A DNA stretch of 64,000 nucleotides, taken from positions 86,120,001 through 86,184,000 of the forward strand of contig NC_058368.1 of assembly GCF_018350175.1 (NCBI RefSeq), read 5' to 3'. The notes beneath the pieces were generated by a model. The model made no database searches and was not told the origin of the DNA. It was given only the letters and a program-made list of their open reading frames with translations. Positions 12,334-25,770 of this stretch are shown in pieces (the stretch's first letter is position 1; each line of letters begins with the position of its first letter). The stretch is from Felis catus (lineage: Eukaryota). The position numbers and the translations under genes were made by a program.

Positions 12334-12664
12334 TCCAATCCTATTTTTAATTGATGCCAGACCCAGAGGTTGTGTTCTACCCTTAGCTCCCAAATTTAGT
12401 AAGGCAAACAGAATAGCATAATTCGAAATACAACTTTTCTCTCTATAGAAAATTAGATACGAATTAAGCATTTATTGTGTTTCTACAAAGACCTGCCAAA
12501 TATAATCTTCTCTTTAGAAATTACCCATCCAGAATGACATTTCCCTTCAACTTGTAGCAAGCAGCCTAAACACATGAAATACAATGGATGGCCTTTCAAA
12601 TTGAAGGATCCAGCAAATGAAAACCATATTTTCTTTGTATTCTTAATTTATTAATTCTTTAAGA

Positions 12665-12880
12665 TGAATAATATTTATTACAACATAGTAAGCACTATAT
12701 ATGGAGTAATATTTATAGCCATCATGTGTTGAGACTCTTTTTTTTTCCTGGTTTTATAAAAAGGGAATGGAGGCACAGGGAGATTGAGTCAATAGATACA
12801 CTGGGTCACTAGTCCCAGCAAGTACAAGTGTAACTCTTTGACTACAGAGCCTATTCTCATAAGCGTGATGCTCTACTGAT
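12665..12880 (-). mobile_element. MIR relic
   Basis: tttataaaaagggaatggaggcacagggaga...tctttgactacagagcc resembles the reverse-complement MIR core. Confidence 0.55.
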
Positions 12881-13044
12881 TCTCAAAGCCATTGCATTCT
12901 GAGAATTCCATGTATCAGTACTAGCACTGGTTGGCACCACTCTGCCACTTAGGTCATTACTGACTTGACACACTATATACTAGTCACCAAATGGTGTTAA
13001 GGGTTTGGCCATCCATGCAATATCAGAAATCATTGGATAATTTT

Positions 13045-13480
13045 CCTTCATAAACTTCCTAGGATGACTATCATAACAAATTACCACAAATGTGATGGAC
13101 TGAAAACAAAAGACATTTATTTTCTCACAATTCTGGAGGCCAGAGTCCACAATCAAAGCATCATCAAGGTTATGGTCCATTGGAAGCATCTAAGGAGAAT
13201 GATTCTTTGCCTCTGACAGCTTCTTGTGGCCCAGGCATTCCTCTGCTTTTGTTGGGATCATTCCAATCTCTGGCTCTACCTTCAAAGGACCAGTTTCCCT
13301 GTGTCTCTGTGCCTAAATTCCTTTCTTTTCATATAGACCATAATCCTTTTGGATTAAGACCCATCTATTTCAGTATAATTTCATTTTTACTAATTACATG
13401 TACAGAAGGCATCCAAATAAATGCACAGATATTAAGAATTAAGACTTGAACATATCTTATAGAAGACAAAATTCAACACA
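13045..13480 (-). mobile_element. MaLR solo LTR (MLT1-like)
   Basis: cctaggatgactatcataacaaattaccacaaa...atttattttctcacaattctggaggccagagtcc is the reverse complement of the MLT1 3' end. Confidence 0.75.
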
Positions 13481-13959
13481 AAAGAAGGATAGTTTTGTCC
13501 TAGTAAATTTTATTTTTTGTAGTAGACTGCAATAGTTACTGTACATAATACTGTACAGAATGCTACACTACTATTCAGTGAACTCAACACACAGTAGCTT
13601 AAACCAGAATTTCTCCCGTGGTACAGGGATAAAGGAACTAGAACTCGAAGAGTAGAACACACTGTGAGGTTTACACATTTCTCTCAACTTGATGTTTTGC
13701 CATATCCACAAAATTCACCTTTTAAGATGATTCATAGGAACTGTCTGTGCTCCAGTCTTTGAGAAGTGAGAAAAAAATGAAGGAAAAAAGTGTATCTCTT
13801 TTCTCTGAGGGATATACTCCACAAAGCACATATATCATTTCCATTTCACAACACTTCTATCAGTATATCAAGGCCACTTTTAAATGTAAGGTGGTTTGGA
13901 ACATTCAGTCTTAAACGGGACTGGGATATTCATAGTTAAAATTTATATTATTCTCTGAA

Positions 13960-14155
13960 ATGTTCTATCCAAAATAGCAGCTACTAACTGCATATTTATC
14001 TTAAATTTAAATTTAGTTGGAATGAATTTAATTGACTAAAATATGAAATTCATTTCCTAACAAAATTTCGGGTGCTCAGGAACGACCTGTAGCTAGTTAT
14101 TTGGACCACATTGATGTTCATAGCATTCCCAACGTCACGAGAAGTTATTTATTTA
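13960..14155 (-). mobile_element. MER3-like hAT-Charlie MITE relic
   Basis: tccaaaatagcagctactaac...taaatttaaattt...gtgctca...tgtagctagt. Confidence 0.55.
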
Positions 14156-14289
14156 AAAATAACTTCTTTAGAATTAGGCATTAAAAGACAATTGTAAAGT
14201 GACTACAAATTTGCTATAGAAAACCATCCTGTGTTCCTTTAAATTCAGTGACTGCAAATGAATTGATAGAGTGTTTTTCCACTCAACTT

Positions 14290-14311
14290 AGTTTTTTTAA
14301 AAATGTTTATT

Positions 14312-14353
<42 letters not shown>

Positions 14354-14518
14354 TGATCCAGAGAGGGGCAAAGATAGAAGGAGACACAGAATCCAGAGCA
14401 GTCAGCAGGCTCTGAGCTGTCAGCACAGAACCTGATATGGGGTTCCAGCCCATGAACTATGAGTTCATGACCTGAGCCAAAGTTGGACACTCAACCAAGT
14501 GAGCCACCCAGGTGCCAC
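14290..14518 (-). mobile_element. CAN-SINE
   Basis: tttatttttg(AG)n...gagccacccaggtgcc. Confidence 0.9.
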
Positions 14519-14797
14519 ATTCTTCTAACCAACTTTAAAAATCATCAAATAATATAATCAGTGATGTTTCAACTGGGAGGGCGGCAAAGGAAAACAATAC
14601 AGACATGCTTGGTATGTGGGTACTTTATTAAATGTTGATACAGCTGATTTTTTCCCCAAAGTTCTTTGGCTTAGTTATTTTTCTAACTCTCTATTATGAA
14701 TAAGAAAAATGAACTTCATAGACGTTAATTAAAATGTAAACTGGAAGGAAAACTCTTGGAGATGTGTACTTTCTCTGTCTCTCTTTGGCTTTTCTAG

Positions 14798-15077
14798 TCT
14801 CAGGTACAGCTCCTCATATTCACATTGAGCCTAGCAATAGGATGGACATGAAGATGACCTGCACATCCATGGGGTGGTATCCAGAGCCTGAGGTACAATG
14901 GAGGGACCTTCAAGGACTGCGCTTGGCACCAGCCTTTGAGACAAAGAAAATAGAAGAAAATGGACTGTTTCATGTGGAATCATCTATCACAGTTGAAAAA
15001 TTCAAGAGCAGATGTGTCCTGTGTTATAAGGAACCTAATACTCAGTGTGGAGAAGGAGGTGCATGTCTCCATAGCAG
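14798..15077 (+). pseudogene. IgC-domain exon of butyrophilin-like gene, frameshifted
   Basis: Acceptor ttttctag|. Reads SGTAPHIHIEP...MTCTSMGWYPEPEVQWRDLQG...GLFHVESSITVEK, then continues in another frame as SRADVSCVIRNLILSVEKEVHVSIA. Donor AG|GTCAGT at 15077/15078. Length 280 bp is not a multiple of 3. Confidence 0.92.
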
Positions 15078-15414
15078 GTCAGTTTTCTCCAAAGTTGATA
15101 TCTTGAGAAGTCCCTGCTGATCAGGAAGTTCTTACTGATAAAGACCTATGACTGACACACCAGAAGCATATTCTAATTTATCCATTTCTGAATTTTAATG
15201 CAGAGAACCTGGAAAAAGTCACATTCTGTCTTGTTTTATATTTCTTCTTATGATGGAAATGTCATTCTTCTACTTTATGCAGATGAATACATGAGTGGAA
15301 AAAAGTAATAACGTTTTTGAGGAAACCATCAAAGTTCTTTCTAAACTTCTCCTAATCCCACTGCCTAGGGAAAGCATATTTTCACAATTTTCTGTTTTCT
15401 CCCATCTTTCAAAT

Positions 15415-15600
15415 TGAATTTGAATCCTGGCAGTGCCATTTATCAGCTTCATGGTCGTGAGTAACTATTGACCTGCCTGTGCTTAGTTCCCATGTGTTAA
15501 ATACGGATAATCATAGTGTCTACCTCATAAAGTTGTTATGAGTATTAACTCTTATGATTAATAGCACAGGCAGAGAAGAGCTCAGACATTCCAATAACTA
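15415..15600 (+). mobile_element. MIR relic
   Basis: tttgaatcctggcagtgccatttatcagc...cctgtgcttagttcccat...tacctcataaagttgttatgagtattaa. Confidence 0.7.
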
Positions 15601-15699
15601 TCCAAAGTGACAGTTCAAAGAAATAGTTTGCCCATGTGATCTCTTCCAACTTCCTGGATATACAAATATCCTTATTTGAAGTATTGTAGCCTGTCAATA

Positions 15700-16070
15700 A
15701 CATTCTTTATCTCTTGTCCTTTCTAATCTTTCCAGCTTCATCCTTCAGCCCTGTCTTCCTTTGCCTCCAGTTCTTCCTACCCCTCATTCATTCCCAGAAC
15801 ATATTCACCCATGCAATATCCCATGTAGGCTGTTATTGACACATTTCTTCTATTTTTCCTCTAACCAAAGGTTTCTTCCTGCTCCCTCTATATTTAACCT
15901 TAACCTCTCAGAAAGCTATTCTGTGTTAAGTGCCCTCTTTACTCATACATTATTTTGATTATATGTTTCACTATTTCCCTAGAATGAATATAAACTTCTG
16001 AGGATACTGTGTCTATTTTTTATATCCCCGTTACTTAGAAAAATAGCGGGCCACAATATATTTTTCTACA
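15700..16070 (+). mobile_element. LINE-2 3' relic
   Basis: ccctagaatgaatataaacttctgagga...tgtctatttt...tatccccgttacttagaaaaatag resembles the L2 3' end. Confidence 0.55.
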
Positions 16071-17036
16071 ATGCATAAATTTTTGTATCACCTTTAATCA
16101 GTAAGTGAAGTGACATTTCCTTTGTGCTTTGGTTTGGGACATCACATTGGTTTAAGTTAGTTAGAAAGAAAACTTGAGGTGGAAAACGTGAAAGAAGCAA
16201 ACACATACACCATGATAGAGAACACATTTTTAAAATGCTCATATATTTACATATACATATATACATATATGTTTGAGATCATCAATTAAAAATTACACAG
16301 ACATTTTGGGGCACCTGAGTGACTCAGTCAGGACCTCTTTTGAAGTAACAGTATTAAATAAAATAATATAAAAATGATACTCATTTTTACAGATTTTATT
16401 TGCTAGCTGACACATATCTCATAAGAAATGGGGAATTAAAATAATCTCTGTCTCAAGAACCTAGACATGAATTCCATTTAGCTTATCATCCAAGATGTCA
16501 CAATTTTTCCTTTAATCTTTGGAAAAGCTCCACATGCTTCTTACTCATTGGTATATTGTCAAACTCACATATATATTTATATAGAAAATAATCAGATAGA
16601 AAAGACACATGGCAAAGTCAGTGTGGGGTCTGTAGCAGAAATAATGGAGAAAAGGATGAAAAAAATACTTAAATGCATTTTTAGACTTTTATTTGTTGTA
16701 AGAGAATTATTTGTTGCAAATATAATAATATTTGTTAAATTTTGATTGTGGGTATGTGGATGCCTGATGAATTATTTGTATGTGTTCAGCATATTAAAAC
16801 ATTTGATAATTTATAAAATAAACATCTGAGTCTCCATATATCAAGAACAGGAAAGGAAACTGAAGCCTCTTTAGGATTCCAAAATTCTTTAGAATTGCAG
16901 GGAGAGGTAGATGAGGCTTAGAATCTGTGCTCTTCCTCATAATGCCACCTAAAGGAAAACATCTAGGGATTTGTTCCCAACAGCCAAGTCTCTGATAGCA
17001 AGCTGAATACTAAGTGAGAAATTTTATATTTTTCAG

Positions 17037-17150
17037 ATACCTTGTTTCCTGAGGACTGTCCTTGGGCAGTGGGGTTTGCAGTTTTCCTGTCTCTCCTGGC
17101 CTTTGGTGCAACAATCAGTGTTCTATTTGTGTGTACCCGAAAAGCCAAAG
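17037..17150 (+). pseudogene. Transmembrane exon of butyrophilin-like gene
   Basis: Acceptor tttttcag|. Reads (D)TLFPEDCPWAVGFAVFLSLLAFGATISVLFVCTRKAK: the BTN-like D-x-x-F-P...P-W motif, about 22 hydrophobic residues, then basic stop-transfer residues. Phase-1 donor AG|GTAAAC; 114 bp. Confidence 0.85.
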
Positions 17151-20100
17151 GTAAACTTAAAAAATGGTGAATTGGCCTCATTTTTGGAAGAATTAGAATA
17201 TAACAGTAACAAAAAATTCATAAATGATCTGTAGGTGGTCTTTAGCATTTAAAATTGGGAATAAGAAAACCTGAACAGACTCATCCACAAACTTATGGCT
17301 TTGAATGTTTGTCAGAAGCTAGAGGTTATCTGATGAAGGTCAGTTACTTCATCAAGGAAAAAAAAAAACATGCTTGGTTTGTTTATGAACTGACACTTAA
17401 ATTTGTGGGTTCAGAAACAAGATTATATAATGCTTTGTTTATGTGTTTATTTATGCACCCAGAGATAATCAAATTCTCTACAATATAATTTAACTGAAAT
17501 CTTAGTGTAGCATTAGGATGGTTTTTTTCTGTTATCAGAATGCCACTTTTCTCTAATATTGGGAGAGGGGGCAGAAATCAGTATAGCAGTATTCAGAACA
17601 TTTCTTTGTGAGCAAAAGCAAGAAGATATTAACAAATTAGAGCTTTTTCCAGGCCATGAGTGCCCGTGACTGCCTTTCTCCAGTCCCTAGAAAATAATGC
17701 ATCATAAGAACCCATTTTTCTGTGCTCTGGCTTGATTACGTTTCTCTACATAGGCCTGGCTACCCACAGCCTGTGGCACTTCTGTCCCTCACTCTCAATG
17801 TGTTTAGTGAGTTCTCTGAAATGCTCTGTTCAGAAATAATATTTGTGCTGTAGACAGGCTTAGGTCATTATTCCTGTAGAACTATGATATATTTCTATTT
17901 ACATTTGTTCTACATTGATTGAATTTCCAGTATTTTGAAGGTTACTTTCCTGCCAATGTGATTTACCTCCACTAGGTAGGAGAAGACAATCAGGGCAGTG
18001 ATCAAAAGTAAAACAAAACAAGCAAACAAACAACAAAACAAAACAAAACAAAAAAAAAACACAAAACCCTGACCATGAAGAGAAGCATTGCATTGTGTTA
18101 AAGTTCTTCTTTCATCACCTGTCAGTTCACAAAAATGATATAGTTCATACTCCTAAATGTTTATACAACTTAGAAATCCCTTTAAATATCCAATACTGTC
18201 TACTTGGTCAATATGAAAAAAAATAGTTTTTTTTTCTAAAAATGTGAGAAATATATTTTCATGGCAGAAAAATGGTATTTATCAGTTAGAGCATAGCTGA
18301 TAAATTTTATTTAATTGAAAACAATTGTTAACTGTACTGGAATTAAAATGAAAAACTTAATAAAAATGTATAGCTGACAAACAATACTACGTTAGTTCCA
18401 GGTCTACAACAGATTGATTCAAGAACTCTTCACATTATGCTTTGTTCACCAAAAGTGTAGCCACCATCTGTCACTAACAGCTATTACAATACATAAATTA
18501 TAGTACTTAAGCTGTACCTTTCATTCATGAGACTTACTCAATTCATAAGTGGAAGCCCATACCTCCCACTCCCTTTCACCTCTTCCTCCTCCAGTCCTGC
18601 AACAACCAGTGTGTTCTCTGTATTTATGGTCTGGTTCTCTTTTATTTGTTTGTTTTGTTTTGTTTTGTTTTGTTTTGTTTTGTTTTCCACACATAATTGA
18701 AATCATATGTATTTTTTCTTTGTCTGACATCTCACCAAAATACCCTCTAGTTTCATCCATGTTGTTGCAAATGGCATGATCTTATTATTATTTTTGGCTG
18801 AATAATAATCCATTGTATAAATAATATTTATTCTTTCATCTTTCCAAGGCATTTAGGATATTTCCATATCTTGGGTCTTGTAAATAATACTGCAATAAAC
18901 ATAGCAGAGCATATATATTTTTGAATTACTTTTTCCATTTCTGGGGGGTTAAATACCCAGTAGTGGAATTACTTGATTTTACAGTATTTCTATTTTTAAT
19001 TTCATAAAGAAACTTCCTGATATTTTCCACCGTGGCTGCACGAATTTAGCTTCCCACCAACAGTGCAAGAGGGTTCTCTTTTCTCCATATCCTTGCCAAC
19101 ACTTAGTATTTATTATATTTTTGATACTAGTCATTGTGATAGGTGTCAGAAAACATTGCCTGGTTTTGAACTGCATTTCACTGATGATTAGCGATGTTGA
19201 CGATTATTATGTGTCTGTTGGCCATCTTGGAAAACTTTCTATTCAGATACTCTGCTCATTTTTTAAATGAATTACTCATTTTCTTTTTCTTCCCTTTTTT
19301 TTTTTTGCTGCTGATTTCTTTTAGATATTTTAGATATTAAGCCCTTATCAGAAATATCACTTACAAGTATCTTCTCCCATTCAGTAGGTTGCCTTTTGTT
19401 TTGTTGATAGTTTCCTTTACTGCACACTATTTTTTTTTTTTTTTGGTACAGTCCTAGTAGTGTACTTTTTGCTTTTGTTGACCTTGTCTTAGCAGACATA
19501 TCCATTAATACGTTGCTAAGATCAATATCAAAGAGATTGCTGCCTATGTTTTCTTCCAGGAGCTTCATGATTTCAGACCTCAGATATAGGTCTTTAATTT
19601 ATTTTTATTTTTGGTACGGTGTAAGAAAGTGAGTCAGTTTCATTTGTTTGCATATAGTTATTCAGTTTACCCAGGCCATTTATTGAGGAAGATTTTTTTC
19701 TCCTATCGTGTATTCTTGCCTCCATTGTCATAGATTAACTGACCATAGAAGCATAGGTTTATTTCTGGGCTCTCTCTTTAGTTCCATCGATTTGTGGGTT
19801 TCTTTCTTTTTTGTGTATCAATAAAATAATTTTTAGTTATTACAGCTTTGTGGCATAATTTTAAAATCTTGGATTGTGATATATCCAGCTTTGTTTTTCT
19901 TTCTCAACATTACTTTGTGTATTCAAAGTGTTGTGTGGTTCCATACATTTTATAATTATTTGTCTTATGAGAAAACTGCTATTGGTATTTTGATAGGGAT
20001 TACATTGAATCTGTATTTTGATTTGGGTAATATAGATATTTTAGCAGTATTAATTCTTCCAATCCAGGAGCATGGAATATCTTTCCATTTGTTTTTGTCA

Positions 20101-23100
20101 TCTAAATTTCTATAATCTGTATTTTATAGTTTTCAGAGTACAGGTCTTTTTCCACTTTGTTGAAGTTTAGTCCTGGGTATTTTATTTTTTGGTGCAATTT
20201 TGAATGGGATATTTAAAGACATTTTTTTTCTACAGCTTCATTATTAATGTTTAGAAATGCAGCTGTTTTCTGTATATTAATTTTGCACCATGAAATTTTA
20301 CCGAATTCATTTATTAATTTTCATAGTTCCTTGGTGTATTCTACAGGGTTTTCTAAGTATAATATTTTGTCTTCTGCTAAAAGGCACAGTTTTCTTTCTT
20401 TCTTACTGATTTGGATGCATTTATTTCTGTGCATTGTCTGATTGGTGTGGTTAGGATTTTCATTACTTTTTTTCTTTTTAAGTTTTTATTGCCATTTATT
20501 TATTTATTTGTGTATTTATTATTTGATATAATTTATTGTCAAATTGGCTAACATACAGTGTGTAAAGTGTGCTCTTGGTTTTTGGGTTAGATTCCTGTGG
20601 TTCATTGATTACACACAACACCCAGTGAACATCCCAGTGCCCTCCTCAATGCCCATCACCCATTTTCCCCTCTCCCCCACCACCCTTCATCAACCCTCAG
20701 GTTGTTCTCTGCATTTAAGAGTCTTTTATGGTTTTCTTCCCTCCCACTCTATAACTATTTCCCCCATTTCCTTTCTCCAATGGTATTCTGTTAATTTTCT
20801 CAATATCCACATATGAGTGAAAACACATGATATCTGTCTTTCTCTGACTGACTTATTTCACTCAGCATACCTTCCACTTCCATCCATGTTGCTGCAAATG
20901 TCATGATTTCATTCTTTCTCATTGACAAGTACTATTCTATTGTATATATAAATCACATCTTCTTTATCCATTCATCAACTGATGAACATTTAGGCTCTTT
21001 CCATAATTTGGCTATTGTTGATAGTGCTGCTATAAACATGGGCATACATGAGCCCCTATGAAACAACACTCCTGTATCCTTTGGATAAATTCCTAGTAGT
21101 GTTATTAGTGGGTTATAGGGTATTTCTATTTTTAATTTTTTGATGAACCTCCACACTGTTTTCCACAGCGGTTGCACCAGTTGGCATTCTCACCAGCAGT
21201 GCAAGATGGTTCCCTTTTCTCTAAATCCTACATAGCATCTATTGATTCCTGAGTTGTTAGTTTAAGTCACTCTGACTGGTGTGAGGTAGAATCTCAGTGT
21301 GGCTTTGATTTGTATTTCCATGGTGATGAGTGACGTGGAGTATCTTTCCATGTCTGTGTGGGCCCTCTGAATGTCTTCTTTGGGAAAGTGTCTATTCATG
21401 TCTTCTGCTCATTTCTTCACTGGATTATTTGTTTTTTGGGTGTTCAGTTTGGTCAGTTCTTTATATATTTTGAACACTAAATTTATCCAATGTGTCATTT
21501 GAAAATATTTTTTCCCATTGGGCCAGTTGCGTTTTACTTTTGTTTATTATTTCGTTTGTAGTGCAGAACTGTTTTATCTTGATGAGGTCTCAATAGTTTA
21601 ATTCTGCTTTTAATTCCCTTGCCTTTGGGGATGTGTTGAGGAAGAATTGGCTGCAACTGAAGTCAAAGAATTGGTTGCGTCCTTTTTCCTCTACAGTTTT
21701 GATGGTTTCCTGTCTCACATTTAGGTCTTTCATCCATTTTGAGTTTATATTTGTGTATGGTGGAAGAAAGTAGTATAGTTTCATTTTTCTGCATGTCACT
21801 GTCCATTTCTCCCAACATTTGCTAAAGAGACTCTTTTCCATTGTATGCTCTTTCCTGCTTTGTCAAAGATTAATTGGCCACACTTTTGTGGGTCCAATTC
21901 TGGGTTTTCTATTCTCCTCCATTGGTCTATGTGTCTGTTTTGTACCAATACTGTACTCTCTTGGTAATTACATCTTTACAGTAGAGGCTAAAGTCTGGGA
22001 TTGTGATGCCTCCTACTTTGGTTTTCTTTTTCCCAATATTACTTTGGTTATTCAGGGTCTTTTGTGGTTCCATACACATTTTAGAATTGTGTGTTCTAGC
22101 TTTAGGAAGAATGCCAGTACAATTTTGATTCAGTTTGCATTTAATGTATAGATTGCTTTGGGTTCTATTGAGATGTTAACAACATTTATTTTTCCAATCC
22201 ATGAGCATGGAATGTGTTTCCATTTCTTTGTTTCCCCTTCAATTTCCTTCATAAGTTTTCTATAATTTTCAACATAAATATATGTTATATCTTTGGTTAG
22301 GTCTATTCCTACGTATTGTATGGTTCTTGGTACAATTGATAATGGTACCAATTTCCTGATTTCTCTTTCTGTTGCTTCATTATTGGTGTATAAAAATGCA
22401 ACAGATTTCTGTACATTGATATTTTACCCTGTGACTTTGCTGAATTCTTGTATCAGTTCTAGCAGCATTTTGGTGGAGGCTTTCATGGTTTTCCATGTAG
22501 AGTATCATATCATCTGCAAAAAGTGAAAGTTTGACTTCTTTTTTGCCAATTTTGATGCCTTTTATTTCATTTTATTGTCTGATTACTGATGCTGGGACTT
22601 CCACCACTATGTGAAACAACAGTGGTGAGAGTGGCCATCCCTGTCATGTTCCTGATATCAAGGGAAACACTCTTAGTTTTTACCCATTGACAATGATATT
22701 AGCTGTGGGCTTTTCATAAATGGCTTTTATGATGTTTAAGTATGTTCCTTCTATCCTGACTTTCTTGAGGGTTTTTTATTAAGAAAGGATGATGTATTTT
22801 GTCAAATGCTTTTTCGACCTCTATTGACGATATCATATGGTTCTTATCCTTTCTTTTATTAATGTGTTGTATCACATTTATTGATTTGTAAATATTGAAG
22901 GAGCTCTGCAGCCCACAAATGAATTCCACTTGATCATGGTGAATAATTATTTTTATATGCTGTTGAATTTGATTTGTTAGTATCATGTTGATAATTTTTG
23001 CATCCATGTTCTTCAGGGATATTGGCCTGTAATTCTCTTTTTTGTGGAGTCTCTGTCTGGGTTGGGAATCAAAGTAATGCTGGCTTCATACAATGAGTTG

Positions 23101-24160
23101 GAAGTTTTCCTTCCCTTTCTGTTTTTTGGAACTTTTTGAGAAGGATAGGTGTAAACTCTTCCTTAAATGTCTGGTAGAATTCCCCTGGGAGGCATCTGAG
23201 CCAGGACTCTTATTTGTTAGGAGATTTTTGATAACTGATTCAATTTCTTCACTAGTTATGGGTCTGTTCAAATTTTCTATTTCTTCCTATTTGAATTTTG
23301 GCAGTGTGTGGATGTGTAGGAATTTGTCCATTTCTTCCAGGTTGTCCAGTTTGTTTGCATATGACATTTCATAGTATTCCCTGATAATTGCTTGTGTTTC
23401 TGATGGATTGGTTGTGATAAATCCTTTTTAATTCATGATTTTATCTATTTGGGTCCTCTATCTTTTGTTTTTGAAAAGTCTGGCTAGGGGTGTATCATTT
23501 TTGTGTATTTTTTTTCAAAATAACAGCTCTTTGTTTCATTGATATGTTCTACTTTTTTTTGTATTCTATATTGTTTATTTCTGATATGATCTTTATTATT
23601 TCTATCCTTCTGCTGGCCTTGGGGTTTATTTGCTGTTCTGCTTCTAATTCCTTTGGGTGTACTGTTAGATATTGTACTTGGGATTTTTCTTATTCTTTGA
23701 GATAGGCCTGGATTGCAATGTATTTTCCTTTTAGGACTGCCTTTGCTGTGTACCAAATGTTTTGGACTGTTGTGTTTTCATTTTCATTTGTTTCCATATA
23801 TTTTTAATTTTCTTCTTTAATTTAATTTAATTTAATTTAATTTAATTTCTTCTTCTTTAATTGGTTGACTCATTGATTTTTAATAGGATTTTCTTTAACC
23901 TCCATGCATTTGGAGGTTTTCCCAATGTTTTCCTGTGATTGATTTCAAGTTACATAGCATTGTGATCTGAGAATATGCAAGGTATTATCTCAATTATTTT
24001 ATATTTATTGAGGTCTATTTGTGACCCAGTATGTTATCTATCTTGAGAATGTTCTGTGTGCACTTGAGAAGAATGTGTATTCTGCTACTTTAGGGTGAAA
24101 AGTAAATATATCCGTAAAGTCCATCTGGTCCAGGGTATCATTCAGGGCCATATATTTTCT

Positions 24161-25388
24161 TTTTTTTTCTTTTTTTAATTTTTTTAATTTTTTTTAATAT
24201 ATGAAATTTATTGTCAAATTGGTTTCCATACAACACCCAGTGCTCATCCCAAAAGGTGCCCTCCTCAATACCCATCACCCACCCTCCCCTCCCTCTCACC
24301 CCCCATCAACCCTCAGTTTGTTCTCAGTTTTTAACAGTCTCTTATGCTTTGGCTCTCTCCAACTCTAACCTCTTTTTTTTTTTCCTTCCCCTCCCCCATG
24401 GGTTTCTGTTAAGTTTCTCAGGATCCACATAAGAGTGAAACCATATGGTATCTGTCTTTCTCTGTATGGCTTATTTCACTTAGCATCACACTCTCCAGTT
24501 CCATCCTCGTTGCTACAAAAGGCCATATTTCATTCTTTCTCATTGCCACGTAGTACTCCATTGTGTATATGAACCACAATTTCTTTATCCATTCATCAGT
24601 TGATGGACATTTAGGCTCTTTCCATAATTTGGCTATTGTTGAGAGTGCTGCTATAAACATTGGGGTACAAGTGCCCCTATGCATCAGTACTCCTGTATCC
24701 CTTGGGTAAATTCCTAGCAGTGCTATTGCTGGGTCATAGGGTAGGTCTATTTTTAATTTTCTGAGGAACCTCCACACTGCTTTCCAGAGCGGCTGCACCA
24801 ATTTGCATTCCCACCAACAGTGCAAGAGGGTTCCCGTTTCTCCACATCCTCTCCAGCATCTAGAGTCTCCTGATTTGTTCATTTTGGCCACTCTGACTGG
24901 CGTGAGGTGATACCTGAGTGTGGTTTTGATTTGTATTTCCCTGATAAGGAGCGACGCTGAACATCTTTGCATGTGCCTGTTGGCCATCTGGATGTCTTCT
25001 TTAGAAAAGTGTCTATTCATGTTTTCTGCCCATTTCTTCACTGGGTTATTTGTTTTTCAGGTGTGGAGTTTGGTGAGCTCTTTATAGATTCTGGATATAG
25101 CCCTTTGTCTGATATGTCATTTGCAAATATCTTTTCCCATTCCGTTGGTTGCCTTTTAGTTTTGTTGGTTGTTTCCTTTGCTGTGCAGAAACTTTTTATC
25201 TTCATAAGGTCCCAGTAATTCACTTTTGCTTTTAATTCCCTTGCCTTTGGGGATGTGTCGAGTAAGAGATTGCTATGGCTGAGGTCAGAGAGGTCTTTTC
25301 CTGCTTTCTCCTCTAAGGTTTTAATGGTTTCCTGTCTCACATTCACTTTCTCACACCATTCACAAAAATAAACTCAAAATGGATAAAA
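24161..25388 (-). mobile_element. Young 5'-truncated LINE-1 'C' with short 5' inversion, nested in L1 'B'
   Basis: Near-identical to 6410-7563. TSD ggccatatattttct at 24146-24160 and 25389-25403; 25344-25388 is in the opposite orientation. Confidence 0.95.
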
Positions 25389-25770
25389 GGCCATATATTT
25401 TCTATATTGATTTTCTGTCTGGATGATCTGTCCATTGTTGTAAGTGGAATATTAATATCCCCTGCCATTACTACATTCTTATCAATAAGGTAGCTTATGT
25501 TTGTGATTAACTATTTTATATATTTGTGTGCTCCTGAATTGGGAACATAAGCATTTATAACTTTTAGCTTTTCTTGATGGATAGATCCCATAATTATGTT
25601 ATAATACTCTTTTTCATCTCTTGTGTCAACCTTTATTTTGAAATCTAATTTGTCTGATATAAGGATGGCTACTTCAGCTTTCTTTTGAATTCCAGGAGTA
25701 TGATAGAGGGTTTTCCAACCCCTCACTTTCAATCTACAGGTGTTCTCAGGTCCAAAATTGATCATTTTTA

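Noticed and set aside
14764..15120. 118-aa ORF with a hydrophobic N-terminus resembling a signal peptide
   Set aside because: It starts at GTG. The hydrophobic stretch is the translated polypyrimidine tract of the IgC acceptor, and the C-terminus is frameshifted and intronic.
17976..17996. Possible heptad exon after cctccactag
   Set aside because: No GT donor at a frame-preserving distance.
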